Made by a program: the position numbers and the translations under genes. A DNA stretch of 64,000 bases, taken from contig NC_079169.1 of the NCBI RefSeq assembly GCF_947568905.1, forward strand, positions 36,456,001-36,520,000, given 5' to 3'. How positions within the stretch are numbered: position 1 is the first letter of the stretch; each line of letters opens with the position of its first letter. The notes below the pieces were generated by a model, which had not been told where the DNA came from, made no database searches, and worked only from the letters and a program-made list of their open reading frames with translations. This DNA is from Ostrea edulis (Eukaryota). Positions 10,968 through 23,710 of this stretch are shown here, in pieces.

Positions 10968-13521
10968 GTACATACAGACATACAGTACATACAGACAGAC
11001 ATACATACAGTACATACATACAGTACATACATACAGATAGACATACAGACAAACATACATACAGTACATACAGACATACATACATACAGACAGACAGACA
11101 TACAGTACATACATACAGATAGACATACAGACAGACAGACAGACAGACATACATACAGTACATACAGACATACATACAGACATACATACAGACATACAGT
11201 ACATACATACATACAGACATACATACATACAGTACATACAGACAGACATACATACATACAGACAGACATACATACATACAGACATACAGTACATACATAC
11301 AGTACATACAGACAGACATACATACATACAGACAGACATACATACAGACATACATACAGTACATACAGACATACATACAGACAGACATACATACATACAG
11401 ATAGACATACATACAGTACATACAGACATACATACAGACAGACAGACATACATACAGTACATACAGACATACAGTACATACAGACAGACATACATACATA
11501 CAGTACATACAGACAGTACATACAGACAGACATACAGTACATACAGACATACATACATACATACATACAGACATACATACATACAGACATACATACATAC
11601 ATACAGACATACATACATACATACATACAGACAGTACATACAGACAGACATACATACAGTACATACAGACAGACATACATACAGACATGCATACAGACAT
11701 ACATACAGACATACAGACATACATACAGACATACATACATACAGTACATACAGACAGTACATACAGACAGACATACATACATACATACAGACAGTACATA
11801 CAGACATACATACATACATACAGTACATACAGACATACATACATACAGTACATACAGACAGACATACATACATACATACATACATACATACAGTACATAC
11901 ATACATACATACATACAGTACATACATACATACATACAGACAGTACATACAGACAGACATACAGTACATACAGACAGATAGACATACAGACAAACATACA
12001 GTACATACATACATACATACAGTACATACAGACATACATACAGTACATACAGACATACATACAGTACATACAGACAGACAGACATACAGATAGACATACA
12101 GACATACATACAGTACATACATACATACATACAGTACATACAGACATACAGTACATACAGACATACATACATACATACATACAGACATACATACATACAT
12201 ACAGTACATACAGACAGTACATACAGACAGACATACATACAGTACATACAGACAGTACATACAGACATACATACATACATACAGTACATACAGACAGACA
12301 TACATACATACATACAGTACATACAGACAGACATACAGTACATACAGACAGTACATACATACAGTACATACAGACAGTACATACAGACAGACATACAGTA
12401 CATACATACAGTACATACATACATACAGACAGACATACAGACAGACATACAGTACATACAGACATACATACAGACATACAGTACAAACAGACATACATAC
12501 ATACAGTACATACAGACATACATACATACATACATACATACAGTACATACAGACAGTACATACAGACAGACATACATACATACAGTACATACAGACATAC
12601 ATACAGTACATACAGACAGACAGTCAGTACATACAGACAGACATACATACAGTACATACAGACATACATACATACAGTACATACAGACAGACAGACAGAC
12701 ATACATACAGTACATACAGACATACATACAGTACATACAGACATACATACAGACAGACAGACATACAGTACATACAGACAGACATACAGTACATACAGAC
12801 AGACAGACATACAGACAGACATACATACAGTACATACAGACAGACATACAGTACAGTACAGACAGACAGACATACAGTACAGACAGACATACATACAGTA
12901 CATACATACAGACATACAGACATACAGTACAGACAGACATACATACAGTACATACAGACAGACATACAGTACATACAGACAGACATACATACATACATAC
13001 AGTACATACATACAGTACATACATACAGACATACAGTACATACATACATACATACATACAGTACATACAGACAGACATACAGTACAGACAGACATACAGA
13101 CAGACATACAGACATACATACAGTACATACATACAGACATACATACAGTACATACAGTACATACAGACAGACATACAGACAGACAGACATACATACAGAC
13201 AGACATACAGACAGACATACATACAGTACATACAGACAGACATACAGTACAGACAGACAGACATACAGTACAGACAGACAGACAGACATACATACAGTAC
13301 ATACAGACAGACATACATACAGACAGACATACAGACATACAGACAGACAGACATACATACAGTACATACAGACAGACAGACATACAGTACATACAGACAG
13401 ACATACATGCGGATGGACAGACAGACATACATACAGTACAAACAGACAGACAGACATACATACAGACAGACATACATATGGATGGACAGACAGACAGACA
13501 TACATACAGACATATGTACAG
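10968..13521. repeat. 2.55-kb compound microsatellite (ACAT / ACAG / ACAGT)
   Basis: Almost entirely these three words. It causes the long spurious Cys/Val/Met/Tyr and Thr/Tyr/Ile/Gln ORFs. Confidence 0.97.
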
Positions 13522-13677
13522 ATGGTTTTATTATACACCCATCAATGTTTCGTTTTTGGTTTTCCGGATCACCACACTGTGGTTTTCTGATTCCGTATCA
13601 GTATCCTCTGAAACTGATGATTTCGCAATGCATCAGCGCATTGTGGAAAATGTTGACCGCGTCACAAACAAAACTGG
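13522..13677 (+). CDS. Possible cassette exon (156 nt, phase 1-1) in frame with TMEM117
   Basis: Complex sequence right after the array. TACAG|ATGG at the start, G|GTACAC at the end. Open as DGFIIHPSMFRFWFSGSPHCGFLIPYQYPLKLMISQCISALWKMLTASQTKL. No polypyrimidine tract and no recognised homology. Confidence 0.3.
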
Positions 13678-13889
13678 GTACACAAAATATAATGTCACTG
13701 TATATGTCTGATTTTGATGATTTGAGTTACATTTATTATCTTATAAATATGGATTTAAAATGCATAAGGGTGTGTATGATAAATCTATCATTACAACAGT
13801 AACTTATCTGTAAAGTTGGATCACGTCTTGTTGACAGGCACGGATCATCAGATCAAACTCAACACTTCACATCTCGTGTGATCTGATGT

Positions 13890-14585
13890 ATGGTTTTATC
13901 ATTAGCTGATTGGAAACTCTGATACATACATACAGACACACAGAGTGCGTTCAAGGTCGCCATTCCCGTTCTTCTCGTGCTCCATTCTTAGAGTCGCGAA
14001 CAACAAGGACATGTGCGCACAAACGTGTTCTTTGTTCTTCGACCACACTACCTACAGAGGTGATGTGAGTTCTTGCACCTTGAACCCGTTCTCAGGTTGT
14101 GTACTCGGTGTTCGAGATCGACAGGAATTTGTACTTATACAAAGAACGGCGATCTCGAACACACTCACATGGTTCTATCATTAGCTGATAGGGAACTCTG
14201 ATACATATAGACATACGCACATGCCATAGTTTTATCATTAGCTGATTGGAAACTCTGATACATACATACAGACACACAGAGTGCGTTCAAGGTCGCCATT
14301 CCCGTTCTTCTCGTGCTCCATTCTTAGAGTCACGAACAACGAGGACATGTGCGCACAAACGTGTTCTTTGTTCTTCGACCACACTACCTACAGAGGTGGT
14401 GTGAGTTCTTGCACCTTGAACCCGTTCTCAGGTTGTGTACTCGGTGTTCGAGATCAACAGGAATTTGTTCTTATACGAAGAACGGCGATCTCAAACACAC
14501 TCACATGGTTCTATCATTAGCTGATAGGGAACTCTGATACATATAGACATACGCACATGCCATAGTTTTATCATTAGCTGATTGG
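13890..14585. repeat. 336-bp tandem duplication: ~55-bp minisatellite units plus a 224-bp foldback element (13943-14166, 14279-14502)
   Basis: Near-identical ORFs at 13945 and 14281 (offset 336). Element ends GAGTGCGTTCAAGGTCGCC / GGCGATCTCGAACACACTC are imperfect inverted repeats with ACA on both flanks. Confidence 0.8.
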
Positions 14586-14990
14586 GAACTGTGGTACATA
14601 CAAACTTACACACAAGGTTGTCTAACCAGGCCTGGATTTCTCAACAACAAAAATTCAAATTTGTAAGTTTGAGTTTTCTTCTATTTGAGCAGCCATATTT
14701 CAAGTAAAATCTCTTAAATCCTAGTTTTTAAGTTCTTTTCAAGATTATTCAGATCTCAATCTAAGACAATTACTGTATACAAGGTTGTCTCACCGAAAGC
14801 TTATCCAGAACTCTCTCCTAGAAGCACTATAATTAGAATAACGTTCCCACAGTCTCAGGTCTATACACATAGATAGAATAGTCTCCTATCTATACACAAG
14901 CTTGTGTCTGGCATATCATGTACCATTTATGGTTCTCTTGTTTATATAATGTAAGTAGGGATTTTGTTTTAAATCTTTACAGAAGAAAAT

Positions 14991-15837
14991 ATGGCAGAGG
15001 ACCAACAAAAATCTAAAGAGAAAGTTGAAGACAAACCAGACGTGGAAGTGTCCAATGATCCAGCACCAGAGAGCAAAGCAGAGGTCGGCAACAACAACAC
15101 CCACAAGCAGAAACCAGAGGTTGGCAACAACAACACCCACAAGCAGAAACCAGAGGTTGGCAACAACAACACCCGCAAGCAGAAACCAGAGGAGGACATC
15201 ATTCTTGTGAACATGGAGGAATCTCAAACTGAAACAAATCAGAACGACACCAAAGAAAAGGAAAAAGCTGAAAACGGACGGTTAATGGGCATGAAAACTA
15301 AAATACTGACGGCATTCTCAGGAGGCAGGTCAAAAGAGAAGGAAGAGGATAATGTCACAACTAAAGATGTGGAAGTGAGTTTTGATTTGAACAGTAAGGA
15401 GAGCAAAGGTAGATCTTCCAGAAAGGAGAAAGATCTTGTGAAGAGGATTCGAGATGTAGAAGAGGGGGTATTTTCAGTAACCAAAGAGGATTTAGAGAGG
15501 AAGAAGGACAGAAAATCCGAGGAGGATGAAGTAGATTCAGCCTCTGTTTGGTCTTATTTCATGCCCAAGAAGAATTTCCAGTACTATTTTCAGCATCCAT
15601 ATTTAAGGCTCTTTATAGTATACTTTGTGACCTTCTGTAATTTTCTTATTTATGCTGAGGACCCTGTGGCCCACTCTATGAAGGAATGCACCATTCCACT
15701 GGTGGGAAATGACTTTGCTTTTGTTGCTACCAGATATGCTCCCAATGCTTGGAGCTTGCTCAAGGTTTTCCTTTGGCTTGTTGCTATCCTAATTGGCATC
15801 CTGCTTGGAAAATTCCTGGTTCATGGCTTATTCTTCA
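14991..15837 (+). CDS. TMEM117: Transmembrane protein 117, core coding exon A (exon starts at 14983)
   Basis: ...KKNFQYYFQHPYLRLFIVYFVTFCNFLIYAEDPVAHS...WSLLKVFLWLVAILIGILLGKFLVH matches TMEM117 (YYFQHP...FNFLIFAEDPVSHS). Acceptor TTTACAG ends at 14982; donor A|GTAAGT at 15838 (phase 1). Confidence 0.92.
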
Positions 15838-17471
15838 GTAAGTACTGTATCTTAATTCTTGAAAAATTTTCATTATAAATCAGTGATATAATGATGAGAA
15901 GCTAAAACAATTGAATTGACAAACCTTTGTATAAACTAATGGTATGTTTGCCAATTTTTAAAATAATAACTGAGGATTATTTGCAAGGATTTGAAGAAAA
16001 TCAAATGCAGACTTTGTCTCCAATATATTCCTGCTGGATCATATTTAACAATTTCATTTTTTTAAATCTTGTTCAGTGCATGGATGTCTAAGTTTTGTTG
16101 TGTACTGTTAGAAAGTGATGTCAAATAGAGTAATGGACTGACCCTTAAATCTAGCCAATTTTCTGTGAAATTTAATCCATGATACTTTTCAATTAATCAT
16201 GTGAATGTCAAGCACAGAAATGCTGATATCCATTTTATTGGTCTTCACAGCAGAATATGGGAAATACTTAAAACTGGACCGAGTATATTCAGTTACATTG
16301 TTTATAGATATGACATGGATGATGTCATTATTTACATGGTCGGTGATCTCTTCTGAATATGTTTTACTGGTTTACTTGTATGGAGGGTTTTTTAATTTTA
16401 GAAATGTCTTTTACATGAAAACTGAATTTATATAGTGGGTATATACCCACAAAATCCATGAAAATTGAGCTTGATCCCCACAAAATCTAAAAATTGCTTA
16501 GTATTAAGGATTAATGTGATAAAAAATGCTCTTTACTGGAGGGAATTACATGCATACAGAATATGTAGTGGTCAATAAGGTGATATTAGTAGTAATCAGA
16601 TAGGTCAGTTAGAGCACCTGCCCATTGTCCAGCTTGGTCTATGATCTCTCCTTCCTGTGACAGTAACCTATATAGAACCTATTGTTGTTATACATATATT
16701 ATTGCTCTGTTGTAAAATTAACCTCAAGTTTTGTCTGACCAGCTGAGTGTCTTATTATCCTACTCTGCATAACTATAATCTGTATCATGTACATTAGCAT
16801 GAGAAAATAATGTTAGCTTTTTGAGATGCAGAGTTTTGAATTTAACAACATGATGCCAATTTCATTAGCAGCTGCCTCTGTGTTGTGTAAGGTAATTTGT
16901 CAATATTTTCACAGTAGACAATTGTAGGACTAAACATGTATGTATAACCTTTATTTTCAAGTGAATGAATTTATGTTGAATTAAAATTATATTGTTTATT
17001 TCGTTAAGGTCACAGTTTCATTTGATATGTGAAGCATGATGCATGGAATTTGTGCATTATTATTAACAAAATGATTTTTATTATTTAATTTCAGGTCTAT
17101 TTCATATTTCATTTTTCTGACAGAATTAAAGATTCTGAATTTCACTGAATCACAAATTCTCTATGTTCACAATGAATCATAATGTAAAAATTAAAGCATT
17201 ATATATTATAATTCTTAAATTGCCATGAATTCACGATGGCCTTTTTTTAAAAATTTCATACCTTATGTGATTAAAAGAAATGTTTTTGATCTTAAAAAGA
17301 TGTAACCAAATCCTGGAAGAAAATAAGTTGTAAGCTTTATGAATGTTATAATTACATATATGCAATTAAAGTTTTCATGTTATGAGGTTTTATCAACAAT
17401 ACAAGATCACTAAGATCATTAAATGCCGTACCTATACGTAGTATAGAAGCGCTGTTGACCTGATTTTTTAG

Positions 17472-17707
17472 ACCGGGTATGTCGGCTGAAGATGTTTGAG
17501 GATGATATGGGTTCCTTCATGGTGATCTTCCTTACAACTCTCATTGTCCTTTTCATCTTCTCCTGGATCTATAATCTGTTCTTGCTGATTGGGGGAAGTG
17601 ACACGGACAATTATCGAATCTCCGATCTCATGGGCGTGAGCAACTCCATCTTTATGAAAATGGCTGCCACCGGCACCTGGTGTGGCGACTTCTTCACAGC
17701 TTGGATG
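17472..17707 (+). CDS. TMEM117: TMEM117 core exon B
   Basis: (N)RVCRLKMFEDDMGSFMVIFLTT...FMKMAATGTWCGDFFTAWM. AG at 17470-17471, GT at 17708. Phases 1 to 0. Confidence 0.93.
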
Positions 17708-18318
17708 GTAATAATCTGTGCATGGACATGTAACTTTTTATAAGAATACTGTGATCATTGATATTTTAGAATAAAGAGAGTTCACAGTTTTACATAAAAG
17801 GGTATACTTGTATAGGGTATCTGCAGTTTAAATTTTGCTGAAGTTTAATCATATGTTGACTTTTCATTAGTAATAGACAATGCATGATGTATTGGCGATC
17901 GTTTGTGATTTTAGCTTTATCTCGGCGTTTTGTCTCCTGCTAAGTATAGCTGCAACACTAAGGGGTTACTTTGTTCATGGTCTGTTTGTCATATTTTTCC
18001 ATGGGTAACAGAGTTTCCAAAATCTACTGGTCAGAAGATTTTGACCATTAAATATTTCATCGGACCAGTAAAAGGGTTACACTACATTTCAATGTTTGTT
18101 CTGGTAAAATTATTTAAATGTCCACCATTATCTAAGAAACAGGGTCATCTATAAGTCATACGATTAATAATGCAGTTGCAGATAAAACACTTATAATCGG
18201 AAGAAGATATTATTCTTAAATATGTTTGAAATTAAAAAGATTAGAACAACATGTAAAATGTTAAAAACAACCCTTACTCCAATCATAGTTCAATGCAATG
18301 ATATACATGTACTTTTAT

Positions 18319-18587
18319 GTGACTGGCATATTTAAGATAATTCATATTTTAGTAACTCCACCCCCTGTAGGTGACTGACATATTTAGAATAATTCATGTT
18401 TTATTAACTCCACCCCTGTAGTTGTCTGGCGTATTTAAAATAATTCATGTTTTATTAACTCCACCCCTGTAGTTGACTGGCGTATTTAAAATAATTGGAT
18501 GTTTTAGTAACTCCACCCAATATAGGTGACTAGCATATTTAGAATAATTCATGTTTTATGAACTCCACCTCTTGTAGGTGACTGACA
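18319..18587. repeat. ~52-bp tandem repeat (5 copies) that includes the exon C splice acceptor
   Basis: Unit gactgrcrtatttaraataattcatgttttattaactccacccctgtag(g/t)t. AG ends at 18370, 18421, 18472, 18525 and 18577 (the used one). Confidence 0.9.
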
Positions 18588-18835
18588 TGATGCTACAGGA
18601 AAAGTTGTACCCACTGTGGGCTGTTGGGGCACGGCGGTGGTGGAACACTGGATACCGCCGCATCATATTGTTCTGGACTATCACCACACTTGCCACATTT
18701 ATTGTGATTCTTGTGATTGCCACAGATTACATCCAATGGGACAAGCTGAATAGAGATTTTCTCCACTCTAATGAGGTGTCCAGGGCCTTCCTAGCCTCGT
18801 TCATTCTCGTGATGGATATTCTCATTGTTCTTCAG
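18578..18835 (+). CDS. TMEM117: TMEM117 core exon C
   Basis: VTDMMLQEKLYPLW...WDKLNRDFLHSNEVSRAFLASFILVMDILIVLQ. AG at 18576-18577, GT at 18836. Phases 0 to 0. Confidence 0.93.
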
Positions 18836-19566
18836 GTACATCCACTGCATTCCTTTTTTACATTTTAAAAATTAGTTTGATATTAAAGAAGCTTGTTTAT
18901 CAGTGGCATAAAGAGGATGACACCCCACCCCACCACATGCTTACTCCGATATCTCACCAGCCAGATTGATATCCAGGCCTGGATTTCTCGAAACAATCTT
19001 AAGTCTGAACTTGGATTTAAGTCTGCAATTTTACTCAAAATTTTGACTGTTCAGATAAAAGAAAACTCAAACTTAAGTTTGAGATTTTTTTAAGAAATCC
19101 AAGCTAGAAGTTCATTGTTTAAAATTAAAACCCAGATGCTTGAAAGGACAGACCTTCCTGAAGATCTTGAAATGATGTGGACCTACAGCTAGCATTTCGA
19201 CAGAAATCTAGATCTAAGGTGACATCTAATTAACAGCTTCACTGATCACATGCCTTTTGTGGTATATTGAGATGTTTGACACCCCGTTATGGGAAGTTTG
19301 TTTGAAAACAATGGTGATGGATGGAATTTGAGAATTTGGCACATTCTTGACAAAACATGGTCATATGGTGAAAGTGGTGATGAATCAGATGATGTTAATT
19401 TGACAATTAGCTGTATTCAAATGATCAGGATGATGATCCAGTCTCCACTTTAAAAATACAGTATAAAGAATGGAAAAGCTGAATTTTTTAAAATCAGTAT
19501 GAAAGCATTTTATATACATGTATCACTGCTGTATTATAAGATATATTATTGATACACAAATTTTAA

Positions 19567-21232
19567 AGGGACATGGACACGGTTTGAGCTGAAAATTTTC
19601 AAATTTTATTTTTCCATTTTTATATGCCCGTCATTAGACGGGACATATTATGTTATGGCTCGTCCATCCGGGGTCATGTTTTCTGGACTTTTTTCTGTAA
19701 CAGATGCATGTACAACTATGAAATTTGGTCACAATACCTCCCCTCAAGAATTGTAAGAGTGGGTTTGCATTTAAGCTGGATTGGTCCATCCTTTTCCGGA
19801 CATTTTTCGTTACAAATACAGATATTGCCCTGAAATTTACACATAAGCTTCCTTTCCTTTCAGAGGAATACAAGTTCAGTTTGCATTTCAGCTGGATTGC
19901 TCCGTCTGTTCGTGACCTACATAAGGACTAAAAGTAGGTCAAACAGTTTTCCGGGCTTTTTTTCATTATGGATACAGATATTGCCCTGAAATTTAGTCAA
20001 AGGTTTCCTCTTGGAGGAATACAAGTTCAGTTTGCATTTCAGCTGGATTGGTCCAATCATGACCTACTTTTCAGCTAAAAATAGGTCCAACAGTTTTCCA
20101 GGCTTTTTTTCCTTATGGATACAAATATTGCCCTGATATATAGTCATAGGCTTCCTCTCGGAGGAATACAAGTTCAGTTTGCATTTCAGCTGGATTGGTC
20201 CATCCTTGACCTACTTTTTGGACTAAAAATAGGTCAGACAGTTTTCCGGCCTTTTTTTCATTATGGATACAGATATTGTCCTGATATTTAGTCAAAGGCT
20301 TCCTCTCGGAGGAAGACAAGTGCAGTTAATATATCAGCTGGATTGGCGCACAATGACCTACAGTACTTTAGGGATAGAATTAGGTGAAACAGTTTTCCAG
20401 ATTGTTTTTGGTATGGCCACAGGTATTGCTCTGAAATTTAGTCACAACCTCCCTTTCAGAGAAATACATAATCAGTTCACATTTCAACTGAATTGGTGCA
20501 CCATGACTTACTTTGGGCTAAAAGTAGATCAAATGGTTTCCTGGACTTTTTATCGATATTGCACCAACATTTTGTTTCAACCTCACTCTCGGAGAAATAC
20601 ATAATCAGTTCACATGTCAGATGGATTGGTGCACCATGACCCACTTTAAGGCTTTTCTATTCAGAATGTGTGTTGTATCAATTCAGAATCCACAATATGC
20701 TTCCAGGTTGAATTTCACTGTCCGACGGGCGTATATTGTACCGTATGCGGTACTCTTGTTAATGTTTAGAATGCTTGACTAAAGTATTTCTATTGGTCAA
20801 CAAAAATTTGAATGTCAACGTACATTGGAGATACAGAGCTTACAACTCTTTGTTTATGTAAACAAGGCTCATGCCATGTTTTTGTTTACATAAACTGTAG
20901 GTTAAATATACTAGTAAAGGTTCGTTTAAAGCAGATTTTTCAATCTACAAGTTAATTCTGAACACAATTAAATAGTTTCTAGTGGTTAGCACATCTCATT
21001 TTGTTTTAAACATGCTATTTCATAAAGCAATCTATATATATGTAAACAAAAACATGGCATGAGCCTTGTATACATAACATAGAAATGTGAGTACTGTATC
21101 TCACTTGTAACTCAAAAAGTGATATTCAAATTTTGGTTGACTATTAGAAATACTGTAGTTAAACATTGTAAATAATTAAAAATGGAGAAATAAAATTTGA
21201 AAATTTTCAGCTCAAATTGTGTCCATGCCCCT
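19567..21232. mobile_element. Kolobok-like MITE (TTAA TSD, AG...CT ends) carrying a nested insertion
   Basis: TTAA|AGGGACATGGACACGGTTTGAGCTGAAAATTTTC ... GAAAATTTTCAGCTCAAATTGTGTCCATGCCCCT|TTAA. An uninterrupted sister copy lies at 28666-29159. Confidence 0.8.
19617..20760. mobile_element. HINE-like element with ~150-bp internal tandem repeats, nested in the MITE
   Basis: 5' hairpin gcccgtcattagacggg, repeats of atacagatattgccctgaaattt (about 5 copies), 3' gacgggc plus hairpin taccgtatgcggta plus CTCTTGTT. Inserted in a T-run. Confidence 0.75.
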
Positions 21233-22094
21233 TTAATGTACAGTGCATGTCATGTTACCAAAGAGGATGAAAGTTTTAGAATTTTATTCATTTGTGGGGT
21301 TAATTAGACTCAGGTGAGCATTGTTGTCCTTGAGCCTCATGGTTTGTCTAGAGTAATTTAACATGACAGTAATGTGTGGGAGTGCTATTACCTGATGAAG
21401 TTTAGCAGTATCACCCATTAGCCTATTGTGACAGGGATGATATTTGTTTAAAATCTGTAAAATCTAAGTGCCAGACATACGGAATTGATTGCAAGATATA
21501 TTTTAAACTTGACATGCTGCTTTTTTTTAAAATGGTTTTAGCAAGTGCAAATTGATAATCCTAATATTTGTTTAAATCAGTCACACAATTGCTAGGGTCT
21601 AGACAGATGAAAAAATCAGGGAATAAAATTGAATTTAGGGTAATTCTATCTTGTTTGCATGTGATTTTATAATTCAAATTGAAATCATAAAAATTAAAAC
21701 ATATTTAAATTGTATCAAAATGAATAGAACTGGTCCCTAATGGTATAGAAATTGTAGAAATATTAAGAGCTGATAAACTTTAAAAAACACAGTGCTTGAA
21801 TTAACAGTGTTCACAAATGCTGTTGTTCCCAAATAGTCTGGGTCTGACAGATGAAATGTGTTAAAATCAGGATTTATGTTTAGTATCAAGTTATGTAATT
21901 TTCAGCTTCACTGAAAAATTAGAAGAACTCAAAAACACTTAGAATCTATTTGAAGTGAAATCTCTAAATGTCATCATGAAAAAATTCAACAACTAAATTT
22001 TAAAATAGGATAATTGTGGAAAGCATGCTATTAACCAATATTTGATTGAGTATCTTTTACAAGCTTCCTGTATTGGTTTTTTATCTCTGGACAG

Positions 22095-22218
22095 GACTGG
22101 GATTTTCCACATTTTGTCAGTGCAATTGATATTAAGTTACCCGGTGTTAACACAGCTCATATCAAGTTCAACATCCCCACTTGTCTGAAGAGGGAGGTGT
22201 GGAAAGTCCACATCACAG
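22095..22218 (+). CDS. TMEM117: TMEM117 core exon D
   Basis: DWDFPHFVSAIDIKLPGVNTAHIKFNIPTCLKREVWKVHIT(G), matching DWEFPHF...LPG...HITG. AG at 22093-22094, GT at 22219. Not in the ORF track. Confidence 0.92.
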
Positions 22219-22626
22219 GTAGTGTATTGTGGTTAAGGAATACCAGAGAAATTTTATTCATGTTTTAAAAATTCATGTTTTAAAAAACAGTCAGCCTTAT
22301 GACAATATAGTATACCTCCTTAAAAGTGCTGCAAGACTTGGGAGAGGCTTATGATTAAAAAGAAAACGAAAATCCTTCATTCTGATAACAATTACATATA
22401 ATCATGTCTAATTTCTGCTGAAACTATTACAAAATATGTTAAATGACTATTGATATATCCAAAGATGGAAATAAATTCTGTACTAGTTAAAGCAAATCTG
22501 ACCTCATGGTGACATTAATAAAGTATATCATTATGATTTGCTGCAATGCAGATAAATTATTTCATGACAAGAACATCTGAAGTTACTGAGTCATTTTGTA
22601 CAAGTTTTTCCCTCATACTTTTGCAG

Positions 22627-23189
22627 GAAAGTGGTTTAACTATGGAATCCTGTTTCTTGTAATGATATTAGACCTAAACATGTGGAAGAACCAGATCTTT
22701 TACGGCCCGTTTGACTACGGTCAGTACACAGATTCTGATGGCAAAATTCATAGTGTCACTGATGAGTACAGTTTGAAGACGTTCAACGAGTCACAGCTGT
22801 CCTACAGTTATAGATCAGTGACGATTAATCCGGTCACTAACACGACATACCTCACTGGAGACACAGTGATGAACGCTCGTTATAATGGCTACCACCTTGC
22901 TATCAAGTTGATTGCTCTTATTCCATCATTTGCAGCGTTTCTTACATTCGGAATTCTCTTGTGGAAGTTTGGCAGACGTGTTCCTCATGATAGAGACGTG
23001 TACGCAGGTCGGCTTAAGAAGCGACGCAGAGATGGAAATAAGGTCAAATTTAATAAGTTCAGAGGTTTTGCTGCAATGGTGAGGGCTTTTAAGCTACGAC
23101 CAAAGGTTAATGATAACCGACCAGACTTGGTCTCCTACGAAATGACTAATAGCAGCAATGCTGAGAATTCCCATGATTCAGCTTCCTGA
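22627..23189 (+). CDS. TMEM117: TMEM117 final coding exon
   Basis: (G)KWFNYGILFLVMILDLNMWKNQIFYGPFDYGQY... to TGA at 23187-23189. The five core exons sum to 2028 nt (675 aa + stop) in one frame. Confidence 0.93.
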
Positions 23190-23710
23190 TTACAGACTTC
23201 TTCAGAGTTATCTCTCTTTATCCATATTTGCGAAGTCATTATTCTGCCATGTTGTCATAAGATTTTATAATATCATGTTAAAAGACATAATATAATTTTG
23301 TATTTTGAAACAAATATGGTTATTTTCCTAAAATGCTGTGCCCATTGCTGGGTCCACATACTGAATATACTAGTATTTATTTTAGTTCTATTTTCTGTAT
23401 TACATGCTGCTGATGAGCTCACCTGAGCTTTTCTGATCATATTTTGTTTAGTGTCTGTAGGTAAGTATGAATGTCTCTCTGTAATTTAGTATGTAAGCAT
23501 CTTTTACATAGTGTGAAATGAAAAGGTGTTTTTTTTTACATATATATACCAAACTATGACCACAGTGGACTATTTAGTTATAAAACTAGTTGGACATTGT
23601 ACCAGGCCATTGTATTAACTATATGTAAGATTTTCTAATGGCACTGGCAAATATTTTGTCTCAAATTTCATGTTGGCCTGAAAATTGTGATCTCTCAAAT
23701 TAATATTATA

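Noticed and set aside
10837-13711. 564-878 aa ORFs on both strands
   Set aside because: They are translations of the ACAT/ACAG/ACAGT microsatellite, whose words happen to lack stop codons.
13943-14502. Hammerhead retrozyme
   Set aside because: No CTGANGA...GAAA core was found by eye on either strand. The CTGAT motifs present are not followed by the required bases.
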